A DNA stretch of 56,748 nucleotides, the filler included, from Porpidia crustulata (taxonomy: Eukaryota), in the NCBI GenBank assembly GCA_964255105.1. It is 3 parts of 3 records of this genome, joined end to end, with 100 filler letters (N's around TTAATTAATTAA, not from the genome) between each part and the next. Parts side by side here need not be neighbours in the genome. Positions count along the whole stretch, not along the records: positions 1 to 18,868 come from CAXUWE010000165.1; 2 more parts are not named here. One strand, given 5' to 3'. Positions 1 to 11,260 of this stretch are shown piece after piece; position 1 is the first letter of the stretch; each line of letters begins with the position of its first letter. The position numbers were made by a program, and so were the translations under genes. The notes below the pieces were generated by a model. The model did not search any database. It saw only the letters and a program-made list of their open reading frames with translations, and was not told the origin of the DNA.

Positions 1-1396
1 ACCCAATTCCCACAACCCCAAGCTCCCCTTCCCTTGCACTTGCAAAGAGGTCTGGAGTACAAGATGAGGTGAGTGATAAATACTAGCGACATCAATATCG
101 ATTTTATTTACGCCGTCTCCGTTTGTCTCTCAACAAGGTGGTGATGAGCGACGATTCATTATCCAACGGATGTCCTTGGATGAAAAGAGTGGGCTGGTAG
201 GTAGATGTAGATGATTATCTGAGATTTCACATGTGTGAGGGTCCGATGATACAAACTGTCTTAACCTCCACTTGGTAAATTTTTTGTGGCAAAATTCGAT
301 TTTTTTTTTCATTCCAGGTGTGAAAAGAGGGTTTGTGATCGGTGTGCTGAAATGGAGAGACATCTAGAAACCTTTACGTTACAACGGCATACGTATAAGT
401 TCGATAGCATTACAGTGCGGCTTCTCGCAAATGAAATATCTTTTTACCAGCTGGCATCTATCACACCCTGCACCGGAAAGCTGCGGTAGATTTCTCGATC
501 TGTCATACGGCTCGCCTTCCGCTGTCAGAAAGGCTCTGCGTTGAATGGATACGAGTGACAAGTCTCGCGCCTTGCGATTTTGGGGGATATGAGGGGTCCA
601 GCATCGCGACGGCTGCGCTGCCTTGTATCTAGAATTAATCGCTCGCGAGAAGAAGCCTGATCAAGATATCTTGCTACTTTTGGTGGCCCTGAGCATCACG
701 CAGACAGAAAATCTAGGATTCGCTGCATCCCATAAAGCTCAGTTGTTGAGAAGCTAATGAAGCAATCCCCATGCAAGCAAGTCGAACGATCATAAGCCTT
801 CTTGCTGTATTGCCGCCCCACGTTCAAGGCACAGCAAGGCTGCAGACTTGGCGAGAAAAAGGCGAACTACCTTAGATAGGTAAATGATTAGCGCATTATT
901 TTCATGTGTGCAACCGACAGGCTGCGATGTCAAAAGCGCCTTGCGCTGGGCCTGGAGTTTTGGGGGATGCTCAAATAGATGGGCTCGTTGCTGCCAACTT
1001 TGTTTGAATTGTTGTACCTGGGATTCTTTGAAGAGCACATTTGTCTATCGAGATATTGGTGCTGCGTTTTGGGTCATGAGGTGCAATTCGAAGTTCAAAC
1101 CCTCTGCGATTTGACTGATTGTTCCGACTTCTACCGGAAGCCTTTCCATCTCAGACTTGGCCGTCATAAGTCGTCTCACGTAAAGCATAGATACCCTATT
1201 ATCTCCATCTGCTTTCCTAGATTGGCACCAGTTCGAAAGGCCGACAGTTGCAGTCTACAGTCGAAGCATTACACATAGCATGAGAATCTAGGGAAATTCC
1301 AGGGTTGCGGTCAAGCACCTTCGGATCGTCACCATCCCTCAGCCTTTCGAAAGATAATCGCAATCGACATATGACAGACTTCGAGCTGCAAGAAAG

Positions 1397-2500
1397 ATGA
1401 CTTCAATGCGACAACAAATCCGAGATCGAATGGTTTCTCTCCTGCCTAGCCGTAGAAAAAGTAGCACTAGCCCAGTGGTGGCAACGGATCCTTTTGTAAG
1501 TATTGGATATAACACGAAACTGCCAACACTTCCTTTCATCGCCAATTTGGAGGTTCTACCAATCGAACTGCTTTCCGAGGTATGGAAGTCCTTGCCATTG
1601 AGTAGTCAGTTATCCTTGAGCTACACTTGCAGGCACTTCAGATTTTATTCACTCGATTCAGGATGCTCCATCAAATCCCTGTTCCCAACCCGCCAGCCTA
1701 CAGAGAACAACACCAGTTGTTCACCGGAGCAATGGGATTTCCTCTGCATCTTGGAAAGAGATCAGTCGCAAGCGCACTCTCGAGATCTTGCACCGACTGC
1801 TTTGTGCAGTAGTTGTAAAGCGCAACATCCGGTGACTTTGTTCTCGCAGAACCAACTTCATAGAGATGCATCGGAGCGACAATGCGTAGGAAGGCAAGGG
1901 AAGCTGTGGCTTTGCCCACATACACAGCTCTCTTCCGCCCCTTTAGATATGACCCGTGGCTGGAACGAAATCACAAAATGTGCCGACGTTCACCATCAGG
2001 TTCGGATCGAATGGACAGCCGCCATTCTCGAGCGATCGATACTCTCTTGTACCGATGAGTGGGAGATCCGGGAAGCCGACATCAGAGAAGCGCTGGAAGG
2101 ACTTGAATTTGACATCTGCCCTCACCTCCGAATTAATGACCCTTCTATACCGAAGTTATATTCTGTATCGAAACACGTTAGAAACACCTTCGATAAACTT
2201 GCATGCTCCTGCAGCGCATTGTGCAGAGCTTCGCCATCTCAGCAGTGTGAGGTTTGCAATATTCGGCTTGGATTCGGATTCCGGAGTCTCGATTGGGCAC
2301 CTTTTCATAGTGTGCTGTACCTGCGAATTAGGCGACACCTACCACCCTTTTACGACCCTACAGACCCAAATTGGCTCATTCAAATAGCCAGCCCGTCGAA
2401 GATGGAGTCTCTGAATCAGCAATGGAGACTCTGCGACGAGATAATCAACAAGCAGATACCACCGTTGCCGCAACCAAGTCCTCTTTGGGGAATCGAGTAA
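1397..2500 (+). CDS. F-box domain protein (single exon)
   Basis: 367-aa ORF with an F-box-like segment LEVLPIELLSEVWKSLPLSSQLSLSYTCRHFR near the N-terminus, followed by Cys/His-rich motifs (CSSCKAQHP, LCPH, ICPH) typical of fungal accessory F-box proteins. Confidence 0.7.
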   Translation: MTSMRQQIRDRMVSLLPSRRKSSTSPVVATDPFVSIGYNTKLPTLPFIANLEVLPIELLSEVWKSLPLSSQLSLSYTCRHFRFYSLDSGCSIKSLFPTRQPTENNTSCSPEQWDFLCILERDQSQAHSRDLAPTALCSSCKAQHPVTLFSQNQLHRDASERQCVGRQGKLWLCPHTQLSSAPLDMTRGWNEITKCADVHHQVRIEWTAAILERSILSCTDEWEIREADIREALEGLEFDICPHLRINDPSIPKLYSVSKHVRNTFDKLACSCSALCRASPSQQCEVCNIRLGFGFRSLDWAPFHSVLYLRIRRHLPPFYDPTDPNWLIQIASPSKMESLNQQWRLCDEIINKQIPPLPQPSPLWGIE

Positions 2501-2737
2501 TAGGACCACATGGTAACTCAATACTATACTTTTATCACCACAGTGATTATGAATCCGACTCGACGAGAGAAGCCTGAGATGGGCCAGCTAGGAGGTTACC
2601 CTTCAGAGATATGTATATGATGTTGGTAGTTGGTCGAAACCTACAAAATTAGACCAGACATACCATACCTGTAAAGGAGGTCGGATCAAAATACAGTGTT
2701 GCATCATGAGTATATGGAGGTGGGCAGCACCATACCG

Positions 2738-4548
2738 TCACCGCTTCGGGCCAGAACGCCTGCCCATGATATAGTCATACACCTCTGAATTAGCGCTTGC
2801 ATCGAAAAGTTCCTTTTCACTTCGCCATAACGGGCTTTCTGGCAAGACTTTTCGAACGGTACTTCTTCCGCGAGAACGAGCCGCCCATATGGCAAAAGGT
2901 CGCTTTCGGTCCTGATCATTATCTTCAAATTTGAGTTTGTAGTCTCTCAAAGCTTTGCAATCGTAATATCCTTGGTCTTGAATCCCAGGCCCATCGAGTT
3001 CTATTCGTGAGCGAGCCGACGGATGCACATACTCGTTGGTTTGCCTCAATGGTTTCGAAGTTTCTCGGCCTGTCTCGGGATTCACTCTGTAATAATCTCC
3101 AGGCGTACGGGTTACGGTTCCGTCAAGCATATATACTCCAATATTTGACCGGTATATCTCGCCTATGTCAATCACTTTAGTTAACAATACCATTCTCGAA
3201 CCCTGTGATCTACTTACCAAAAGACCATGGCCGCACTTTCTGACCAGACTTGATGTAGTATTCTTTGGTTAGCTCTTGTTGATCAAGAATATAATCTGGG
3301 TCGAAGTCGAGGAATGATTCCATTTGGGACATCATCCATGCTAAAGTTATATTTGCTTGTCCTTCGTCGTCGTAGCTGCCGCCTCCAATATTGGAGTGAA
3401 CGCCGGGGAACCATACTTGCCTCAAATTCTACTTAACATTGGTTAGACCAAAGCCTTAATGGGGATCATCTGAATTGAGTAATGACTGACTGTTGTATTA
3501 CCCCGAGTCTTTTCCCACACAGATGGCGAAAACGCAGCTCGTTCTTCGTCTAATGCAAGAGCCTGAAACGCATTTTCAATAGCATTGCTGAGGCTTGTGT
3601 CGAAGAACATGTATTCTTTCATTGATTTACTCTGTAGCCCTAGCCTATCAAGCCACCCGATGCGCGGGATACCTAGCGAGCCTATTGCTCCAGCATTCAG
3701 AATATGTCTCGTTTCATTTAGGCAAATTCTTACCAACAGTATCCCATACGCCTATAGCTTTGATCTCCACATTGAGTCTGGTTAGACCACGCTGTCTAAG
3801 GGTCAGTTACTATTCCAGACGCTAAGGATAGGTCATCCCATACTCGCTCAAGCTCATCTGCATATAACGGATCGCTAGCGCTTGGCTTATTCGGAAATGG
3901 AATGTTCCTGTAGGCAGGTCTGTACCTCGAATTCGAGCGATTCTCAAAATCTAGAAAAACCTCCGCAAGATATGGTAATCCAGCTTTTGTCAGTAGCCCA
4001 ATGTCCCCAACTAGTCCTGCAATACTTCTAGCAGTGAAAGCTTTGTAGAGATGTATTAGCGAATACGGGATTAGTCTCGGGGGTGGTTGTCCTGAATTTA
4101 CCTCCGCGAGAAAACCCAAAGAAGAATATTTCATCACCCGTGCTGTAGTTGTTTGCAAGAAACGCATAACCTTCACGGATATTCTCAGACAGGCCTTCGG
4201 CTGTAGCTCCGCCAATTACGCGGTTGATAAAATTTCCAGTCGAGCCAACGCCCGCTTGATAGTACACAACTTGCGGAATTCCATCGGAGCTCCTGTTCTT
4301 GATAGCACGAGATATCCGGGTGACATTGCTGGGGATGGGTAACTTGTTCATCTGAAGCGTTGTAGATGAATCCAGCCAAGTTCCTTCATTGCCTACGTTA
4401 GCTACAAAATATCTTGAATTTACATTGTGCCGCTTCTAAGTTCCAGGAGAGTGATACATGGAAGAAGCATACCATCACAGCAAACGATGAGCCGTTTGCG
4501 TGAACGTGAAGGCCCGGTAGTCGTAAGGGCAGAGCTGGCGGCTTGCAT
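2738..4548 (-). CDS. DUF2235 / Tle1-like alpha/beta hydrolase, multi-exon
   Basis: Exon ORFs carry the family motifs KRLIVCCDG(T), PSNVTRI, YYQAGVGS, GFSRGAFTARS (joined across an intron), QALALDEER and QVWFPGVHSNIGGG; short GT-AG introns separate them. Confidence 0.85.
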
Positions 4549-6221
4549 GACTCTACTGACGGGATCATGTACAAAATTTGTAAAATACAAAATGTGCTCC
4601 ACGAAGAATTCTTTTCCTTTGGATGATTTCGAGGACAGAATCGCGAGGTTCTAGGTCACTGTCTTTGCTCACCAAAGTCTCATGACACGTAGCCGGTGAC
4701 TTCACAGATGATAAGGTCGACATCGTGTAGGCAAAATTTCATTGCAGTGGCGTGCTCGTGACATGTCTTTCAAGAGACTTTAGTACAATTGCAGCATTTA
4801 CTGCACATCATGTAATTGCTTTATAGGAGTTGGAGTTGAGAAAATTGTTAATCAATCTAGCCAATGAATGAAGGAGTCGAATCACTGACATACACGTAAC
4901 GAACGCGTAGTACTCGTCATCGGACCACCTAGCCTAGGGTTAGGGTTGATATACTGATTTGGGCTGGGGTGGTCCGTTGAGGGGTTTGCGAGACGATATA
5001 ATTTGCGATAGTAATTAACTCTTTTTCTCTTCCTTCTTCTCTTACTTTCTCTTTTATTTTAGGCTTTCTTCTATAGCCCGCAGTCGTTTTTATTCTACGT
5101 TAATTTTATTCTCGACATTAATCTTCTATTATGATAATGAGCGTCTTTATATTCTCTAAAAGCAGCAGCAGCAAAGTGGCAGTGCACAATTATACACCAT
5201 CCATCTCATTTCAAATAGGAATCGTATACTGTTCACGACTATAGAGTCGAGTAACGAGGATTCCTTGGAGGTTGGGTAGAGACGCAGGTAACCAGACGAT
5301 TTTCAAGCATTATCATGTTGCCAGCGCGCCGTAGTTTAACCCTGTTCAGGGCCCTACTAGGCTTATCAGATACCTCCAACTTCGAATTGATGAAGGTTCA
5401 TTCCACTATCATAGTCTGGGGTTGGAGAGCTCTTCCCACAAGACTGTATTAGATGTTAGCATACCCAAATCTTTGCCTCAACCACCGCGAGTAAAGGTTA
5501 GTGGAGTACAGAGCACGGATCACCGAAAACAAATGCTAACATCCAGTTAACCCATCTCGTAGAAGAGCCCATGATAGACTCCCATCGCAGAGTCGTTGTC
5601 GTGATATTGAGGCTCTGCGGCGCCATTTTGTTACTGCATATGCGAATCGAGTGCGTCACGAAGATTCGCTGGTGGTAGTCCTCCGTACAATGGACCATTG
5701 TATGGAAGGAACGACGGATTATGGTAGCGAGGTTTGACCCCGGGGGCGTGAGCACCTTTCAGTCTCCAACAATCGCCTCTATCTGCTTGGTGTGGGAGAT
5801 GATCCCAAGGGGCAAGCTTTGTATCTACACTTCAGTCCCTGATAAAAGCGACACCAATGGATTGATATGAGAATAAGTGAAAGAGGAGTGTAAGCCCCGA
5901 AGTATTCACACCAGTGGCTCTGAATACCCCGTCCATTGACTCTGGGTTGTGAAAGGAATGGTATTGGTCGTAGAGAGGAATAGTGTCATTTAATCTGTAC
6001 CTGTCGTTGCTGAAAGAGTCATTCCAGGGTAAGAGGAGGAAGGAGTGCAATTGGGGAGCTATGGAGTAAGCCGAACTGGGTTGAGTATGCGAGTTGGGAG
6101 GTGGAAAAATGCTATCAGTATCTGAGAGAGAGTAAAACGATGAGGTTCTATTCCAGTCATTTACCGTTTGAGTAGCAATTTAATTAGTCTCGTCATATTA
6201 ATGACGAGAGATAATGCCGCA

Positions 6222-7647
6222 TCAATGCGGCGTACTAAAGAGACGCATGTTGACTTTCGACCCCATCTTGAGCACAATCTTCATGTTGCCATTGGCCGTT
6301 TTTGGCTGAAGATCCTCAGGCACCATAGTCATGCGGATATGTGAGTCTGATTTGCTTTCCAGCTCTATGCTCGGAAAGTCTGCCGTGCTACCCGGTGTTG
6401 GCAGAGGCGTTTGCAAAGTTTGGGTCATAACTCTCGGTAAAGGATCCTGAATATTACCGTGGTCAGGGGTCGTTGGTCACAGCCGAGTATTGGTAGGTAT
6501 TGTGGGTAACGTATTGCTTCAGCTATATGACGTGTCTGTATCTGCATGAAAACCGTCAGGGAGCTCGTAGAGATAGTCGGTATCGGCCATTGAACCAGAA
6601 TGCATCAGTGCATTCTGATCCATATCTGTAAAAGGTTGGAGGAATAAGCTTCCCAGAGTACTGAAAGACATAGACGAGCGTGCGGCAGTTGAGATGAGAT
6701 TCATTGACGGTAACGTCGAGCTATCATGTTTCTCATCGTGACAGTCATGTGCACAATCGCGTAAGAATGTCGTATCGGGGTCTTCATCTTCTGGTTCGGA
6801 GAATCCGAGACCATCGATATCGAAGTCAGGCTTCTGCCGCATCCGCGTTCTGCTGTGATTCACGGCTGATGACTGCATGTCTGTTTATTAAAGAAAAACG
6901 TGCATAAGCGATGCCTCAGATCTCCAAAGAAATATATCAGAGAGGAATGAAGCGGATAGAGTAAAGAGTTGTCTCTCTTCTCGTACCGATTCTTGATGTT
7001 AGTCGCTGAACGATGCGGGAACACATCATTCGCGATGACCTTTCAGCTCCTCTCATAAAGAATCATCGCTGCCGCAAGCCGCTCGTCGTTTTTCGCAACC
7101 CAACCGCTACGGTTGATATTCGGGTCCAGAAAATGTTGCCATCGCTTGACACACTCTTGGCGCTTCGGTAGTCAATGCTGCATGATGACGGTCGCGGGAA
7201 GAAAGATACTGACGGTTCCCATTTCGAGTACCTACGGCTTTCGCAACGTCCGCTCAGCTATTGATGTGAACTCAGCAATCTTCAACCGCTGTGCGCGTCG
7301 AATCTTAAGTGCAACGGGAAGGTAGGCATAGCTTGACGTAGCGGAAGTCATAAGTCATGATGGCATTTTGTAGTCTTTCGTCTTCTGCACTGCTCCACGT
7401 CCCTTTCTTCAAATACTCGCTTATCTTACTCCACCGCTTACGGCAGTCTTTATTGGTCCTTTCCGAGAGTTTGACAGCTATGCGGCTCCAATCTTTGAGT
7501 GTCCCTTGGCGTACTGCATGGGCGAGTCAGTCAGCAGTGCAACTTCGACCCCCATTATAGGTGTCTGACGTTGCGCCTCGGCCTCCGTCGCAGAGTATTT
7601 TCTTCCTCTCTCGTCCATCTACGACGTTCGCGAGCTGTCAAGGCCAT
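6222..7647 (-). pseudogene. Three-repeat Myb-domain transcription factor pseudogene
   Basis: Manual translation: ATG at 7647 gives MALTARERRRWTREEENTLR; later exons give KDWSRIAVKLSERTNKDCRKRW..KKGTWSSAEDERL, *ADVAKAVGTRNG and QCVKRWQHFLDP..W..NDERL..*KVIA..RSATNIKNR. There is a frameshift in exon 1, TGA at two conserved Trp positions (7254-7256, 7043-7045) and one mutated splice donor. The 3' extent through ORFs 6519-6878 and 6222-6428 is inferred. Confidence 0.75.
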
Positions 7648-8907
7648 GATTAATGACACTTACCAACGAGGTTCTTGTTCTAGTGCGGAAATGGATCTGG
7701 TGCAATAACTATTGCACCATTCGATGTCAGAGAAACCAAGAGGATGCAAGAAATACATAAGGGTACCACGTGATCAGCCGACAGGGAGGTGTCATGGATC
7801 CCTCCCTCCTAGAAGATTCGAAGCTACCTTGTCACACACTTCCTCCCTATGGTTTGAGTTCAAGCAATAACATTCCTTGGGCACATATTGAAAAGCCGAA
7901 GAATGTATGCCGAAGTATCTAAAGAGGGACTGAATCGCCAAGGCTGGTGGACAGGAGTGATTGCCTGATTTTCAGGTAGGCGTACACACAAGATTGGGAT
8001 TTTGTTGTGTTCAAGGGAGAAAATGGGACTTATTACACCTTTGCCAAAAGGCTTCCGCAGCCGATTGTCTTGGCTTTTCTTCCTTCTTATTCCTGACTAT
8101 GGGGGTCGCAAATGTCTTGCTGGGCGTTGGACCAAGGATATACTGTAAACCGGGGATGGGACGGTCATCTCCATATCTGGCCAATAAAGTACCTGGTTCC
8201 AAAGTACGGATACTATCTCACTGGCCGGACAAGGAGGAATAAGGCTATGGGGCCAAGGATCGAATCTACGAAATGAGGCACGATGGCTCTTGCAAATGCA
8301 AAAGCTCTCCTTCAAGGGATCGCGAGAAGTTGGTGTGACGTCGCGACTGTCGTGCACCGATTCCTTCGCTGAGAGCGAGCGGTGAGTGTAGAATACGCAT
8401 AACGTTTTGCCGTTGGCTTACGTAAAAATCAAGGTGCCTGCGTGTAGTGAGTGTGGGCATGTAGAAGTTGCTTGGAGAGCGCGTACTTATCGTCGAGACT
8501 TTGGAAGCGGAGGACGTGCACATGCAGCTACTAGTAGCAAGTTTTCAGCTCAACCTTCGGGCCGATATCACCAGCATCAACGGACAGCAAGAACAGGCGG
8601 TCGGTAACCTGAAATCCTTCGTGAGAGGTCTCCACCTCATGAGATTCTAGAGTGCAGAGGTAGGTCGTTATGCATTACTCGTCGCGTCTTCTCTATCTCC
8701 ACGCCTTCTCTGCTTGATATCCGCCATGACTACACTCGGGTCTCTTGATTATGTCAGCCACAGGACCCGGATAGAGGTTCAAAGCTTCGACTGTACCATC
8801 TACGTTCAGCAGATGTTCAACTGCTTCCAGAAGACCGCAGACCGTAGAACATTGTTTCCTCTCTCTCGCGCAGTCTACTGATGCTGACCACAATGATTTC
8901 CGAAAAG

Positions 8908-9943
8908 ATGCCTACAGCAACCGAAAACCCCCCAGTACCGTTCTATGTGCCCACCGTCGACATTTCCCCCTATCTGAGTGACCGTTCCTCTTCTACAGCG
9001 GAGAAAGTGATAGAAGAGGTCCGAAAAGCGTCAGTGTCGGCGGGCTTCTTTCAAATTGTGGGCCACGGGATCACTCGCGACTTGCAAGACTCGGTCTTTA
9101 AGGCGGCTGCGAGATTCTTTGCTCTGCCTTTCGATGAGAAGAAGAAGATCGATGCGAAAGCAAATGTTGGGATGCGAGGTTATGATGTGCTGGCCTCGCA
9201 GTCGTACGAGGAAGGCGTGCTACCGGACCTTAAAGAGGTGCACCATGACTCTGTTTAGACTCTGTTAATGTCCCCCGTTGATGTATATTTAGGGGTTCTA
9301 TGTTGGGGAAGACATTCCGGCCAACGACCCTCGCGTAAAGGACCGACGCTTCTTTATGGGCTCCAATGTTTGGCCTCCCAACACTCTCCTGCCCGAGTCA
9401 GACTTCCGAGTGCCTGTCGAGGCTTATTTCACAGCGATATACGACCTCTCTTTGGTAATCTTGGAGCTGGTTGCCCGCACATTGCCTTACGGAACTCATG
9501 TATTCGACCACTTCGTATCAAATAATCCCGCTACTCCCCTTCGTCTGCTGCATTATCCTCCAGCACAAAAGACGGAGAAGCGTCAGCTCGGAGCAAGCGC
9601 ACATACGGATTTTGGGGCGATCACCCTGCTACTTCAAGATTCCAGTCCTGGGCTTGAAGTGCTGGATAGATACAAGGATGAATGGGTGCCAATCCCGCCC
9701 AACCCCGACGCATATGTGGTCAATATTGGAGATATTTTGTCTAAATGGACCAGAAATGAGTACAAAAGCAGCCTTCACCGCGTGGTGAACAAGAATCCAT
9801 GGGATCGATACTCGATTGTTTTCGTCTTTGAGGGCAATCTGGATTGTCCTCTAGCTCCCTTGGATGGCAGTGCAGTCGACGAGGAGGTCATCACTGCCGA
9901 GGATTATATGATTCGATGTTTGAAAACTTCGTACGGGAAGTGA
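8908..9943 (+). CDS. 2-oxoglutarate/Fe(II)-dependent dioxygenase (IPNS/DIOX_N family), intact
   Basis: Exon 1 8908-9237 (VPTVDIS, GFFQIVGHG, DLKE), phase-0 intron 9238-9292, exon 2 9293-9943 in frame with LRLLHYPP, HTD (AHTDFG), the distal His (HRV) and RYS 2OG-binding motif. Confidence 0.92.
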
Positions 9944-10359
9944 ACGGAGTCTTTCAAGGCCGTGCAAGAGGGACAAGACGCCGATGCTGTTAAATTATCG
10001 TAATTAGTTCACGATTTTTGCAGGGCGCCCTAGGTACTCACCAGGGGCGGCCCGCCACCCCGCCTACCGTAGAAGTATCAGTGGAACGGCCCCTAAACTC
10101 TTTCCGCAGCAGCTTAACCATGAATAACAAAACCCAGACAAACGGAGCCGCTAAAGCCCCGGCCAAATTTAGCGACCTCCCGTCAAAAGCCGCTAAAACC
10201 CACAGATTTTGGTAGCCTCCCCGCTGTGCTAATTATTATCTATACAGACGTGGAATTTTTGATCTCCTAAGAGCAAGTTTCACAGTAGTTCAAGACATAC
10301 TGAATAACCTGATGATGTTCGATTAAGATCCGACAAGCTCTAGAAAGATTTCTCCATCT

Positions 10360-11260
10360 GAGTATGCTTCAGCCGCAGGTTGAACTCGGTTTGAGGACAA
10401 ACCACCGAATCTCGACATGCCAGTCACAGCGCTCTGGATCTGCAAAGTCAAGCTGTCGAAATACCAGGGCATAATTAATGCCTGTACTCTGCTGTAATTT
10501 GGACGCGCATCACCGAGGTCTGCTTACTTCATACGCCTGCAAGACGGAAGCTTGTAGTTTTCGAGATACGAAATATATCTGCCGATACGAGATCCGTGGC
10601 CACCGCCAAATTGAAGGTGCTTGTTTAGCCACCGTGTATACCGAAGGAGAACCATCGCTTACCGCCATAAGTGCATTCTCCATCTTCCTTCGAGACGCAT
10701 CATCGCAAAGCCACCGCTCCGGGCTCTATACATCGCAGTCCTCTCCGAAGATCGCTTTATCCCTATGGACCGTCCAAGCGCCAATACCGACTACAGTCCC
10801 GCTTGGCAGATGTTGTCAACCACATATCTCAGCGCCTTCGGGTGGTACGACTCGCTCCAAAGGTAGGCCAAAGGGTGGGTGAAGCCGTCAAGCTTCCTTG
10901 ATGCAAGCGTCCAAATACGGTAGATCTCGGGTTTCTTTCCGAGTGACAAATTCGGACAAACGGCCTTGCGTTTCAGCATCCGCAAACTCCGATAAAGTCG
11001 TCGAAACGTCTCTGGATACTTGGGGAGGCTATGATTGTCGTTTGCGGCAAGATCGCAGTGGTGTCACTTCCAGCTGTAACATTAGTCGTTGTCCAGACGG
11101 TCAGCGCCCTAATGGATCCGAAGTGGTCTATTAATTTGGGTTGATTTCCCATACTCAGCTTGAGAGTAGACGACTTACCATCGTGAGACATCTGGATTTT
11201 TATTCAATGCTTCGAGAAACCGAGACAAAAAGTCTCTCGAATTGAACTCGGCTTTCCCCT
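10360..11260 (-). pseudogene. Cytochrome P450 pseudogene (C-terminal half only)
   Basis: Minus-strand translation: RDFLSRFLEA, I-helix NVTAGSDTTA (~11051-11085), LPYLDACIKEA*RLHPPFGLPLERVVP (ExxR), PERW, and a heme motif degenerated to FGGGHGSRIG (Cys lost, ~10575-10610). Stops, frameshifts and a mutated acceptor are present; the N-terminal half is absent. Confidence 0.85.

Noticed and set aside
6188..6209. 9-bp inverted repeat TCTCGTCAT-atta-ATGACGAGA
   Set aside because: A single short hairpin, expected by chance in 57 kb, with no supporting context.
9995..10245. Possible MITE between the dioxygenase and the P450 relic (TAATTAG...CTAATTA ends)
   Set aside because: The terminal match is only ~7 bp, with no clear target-site duplication and no second copy in the window.
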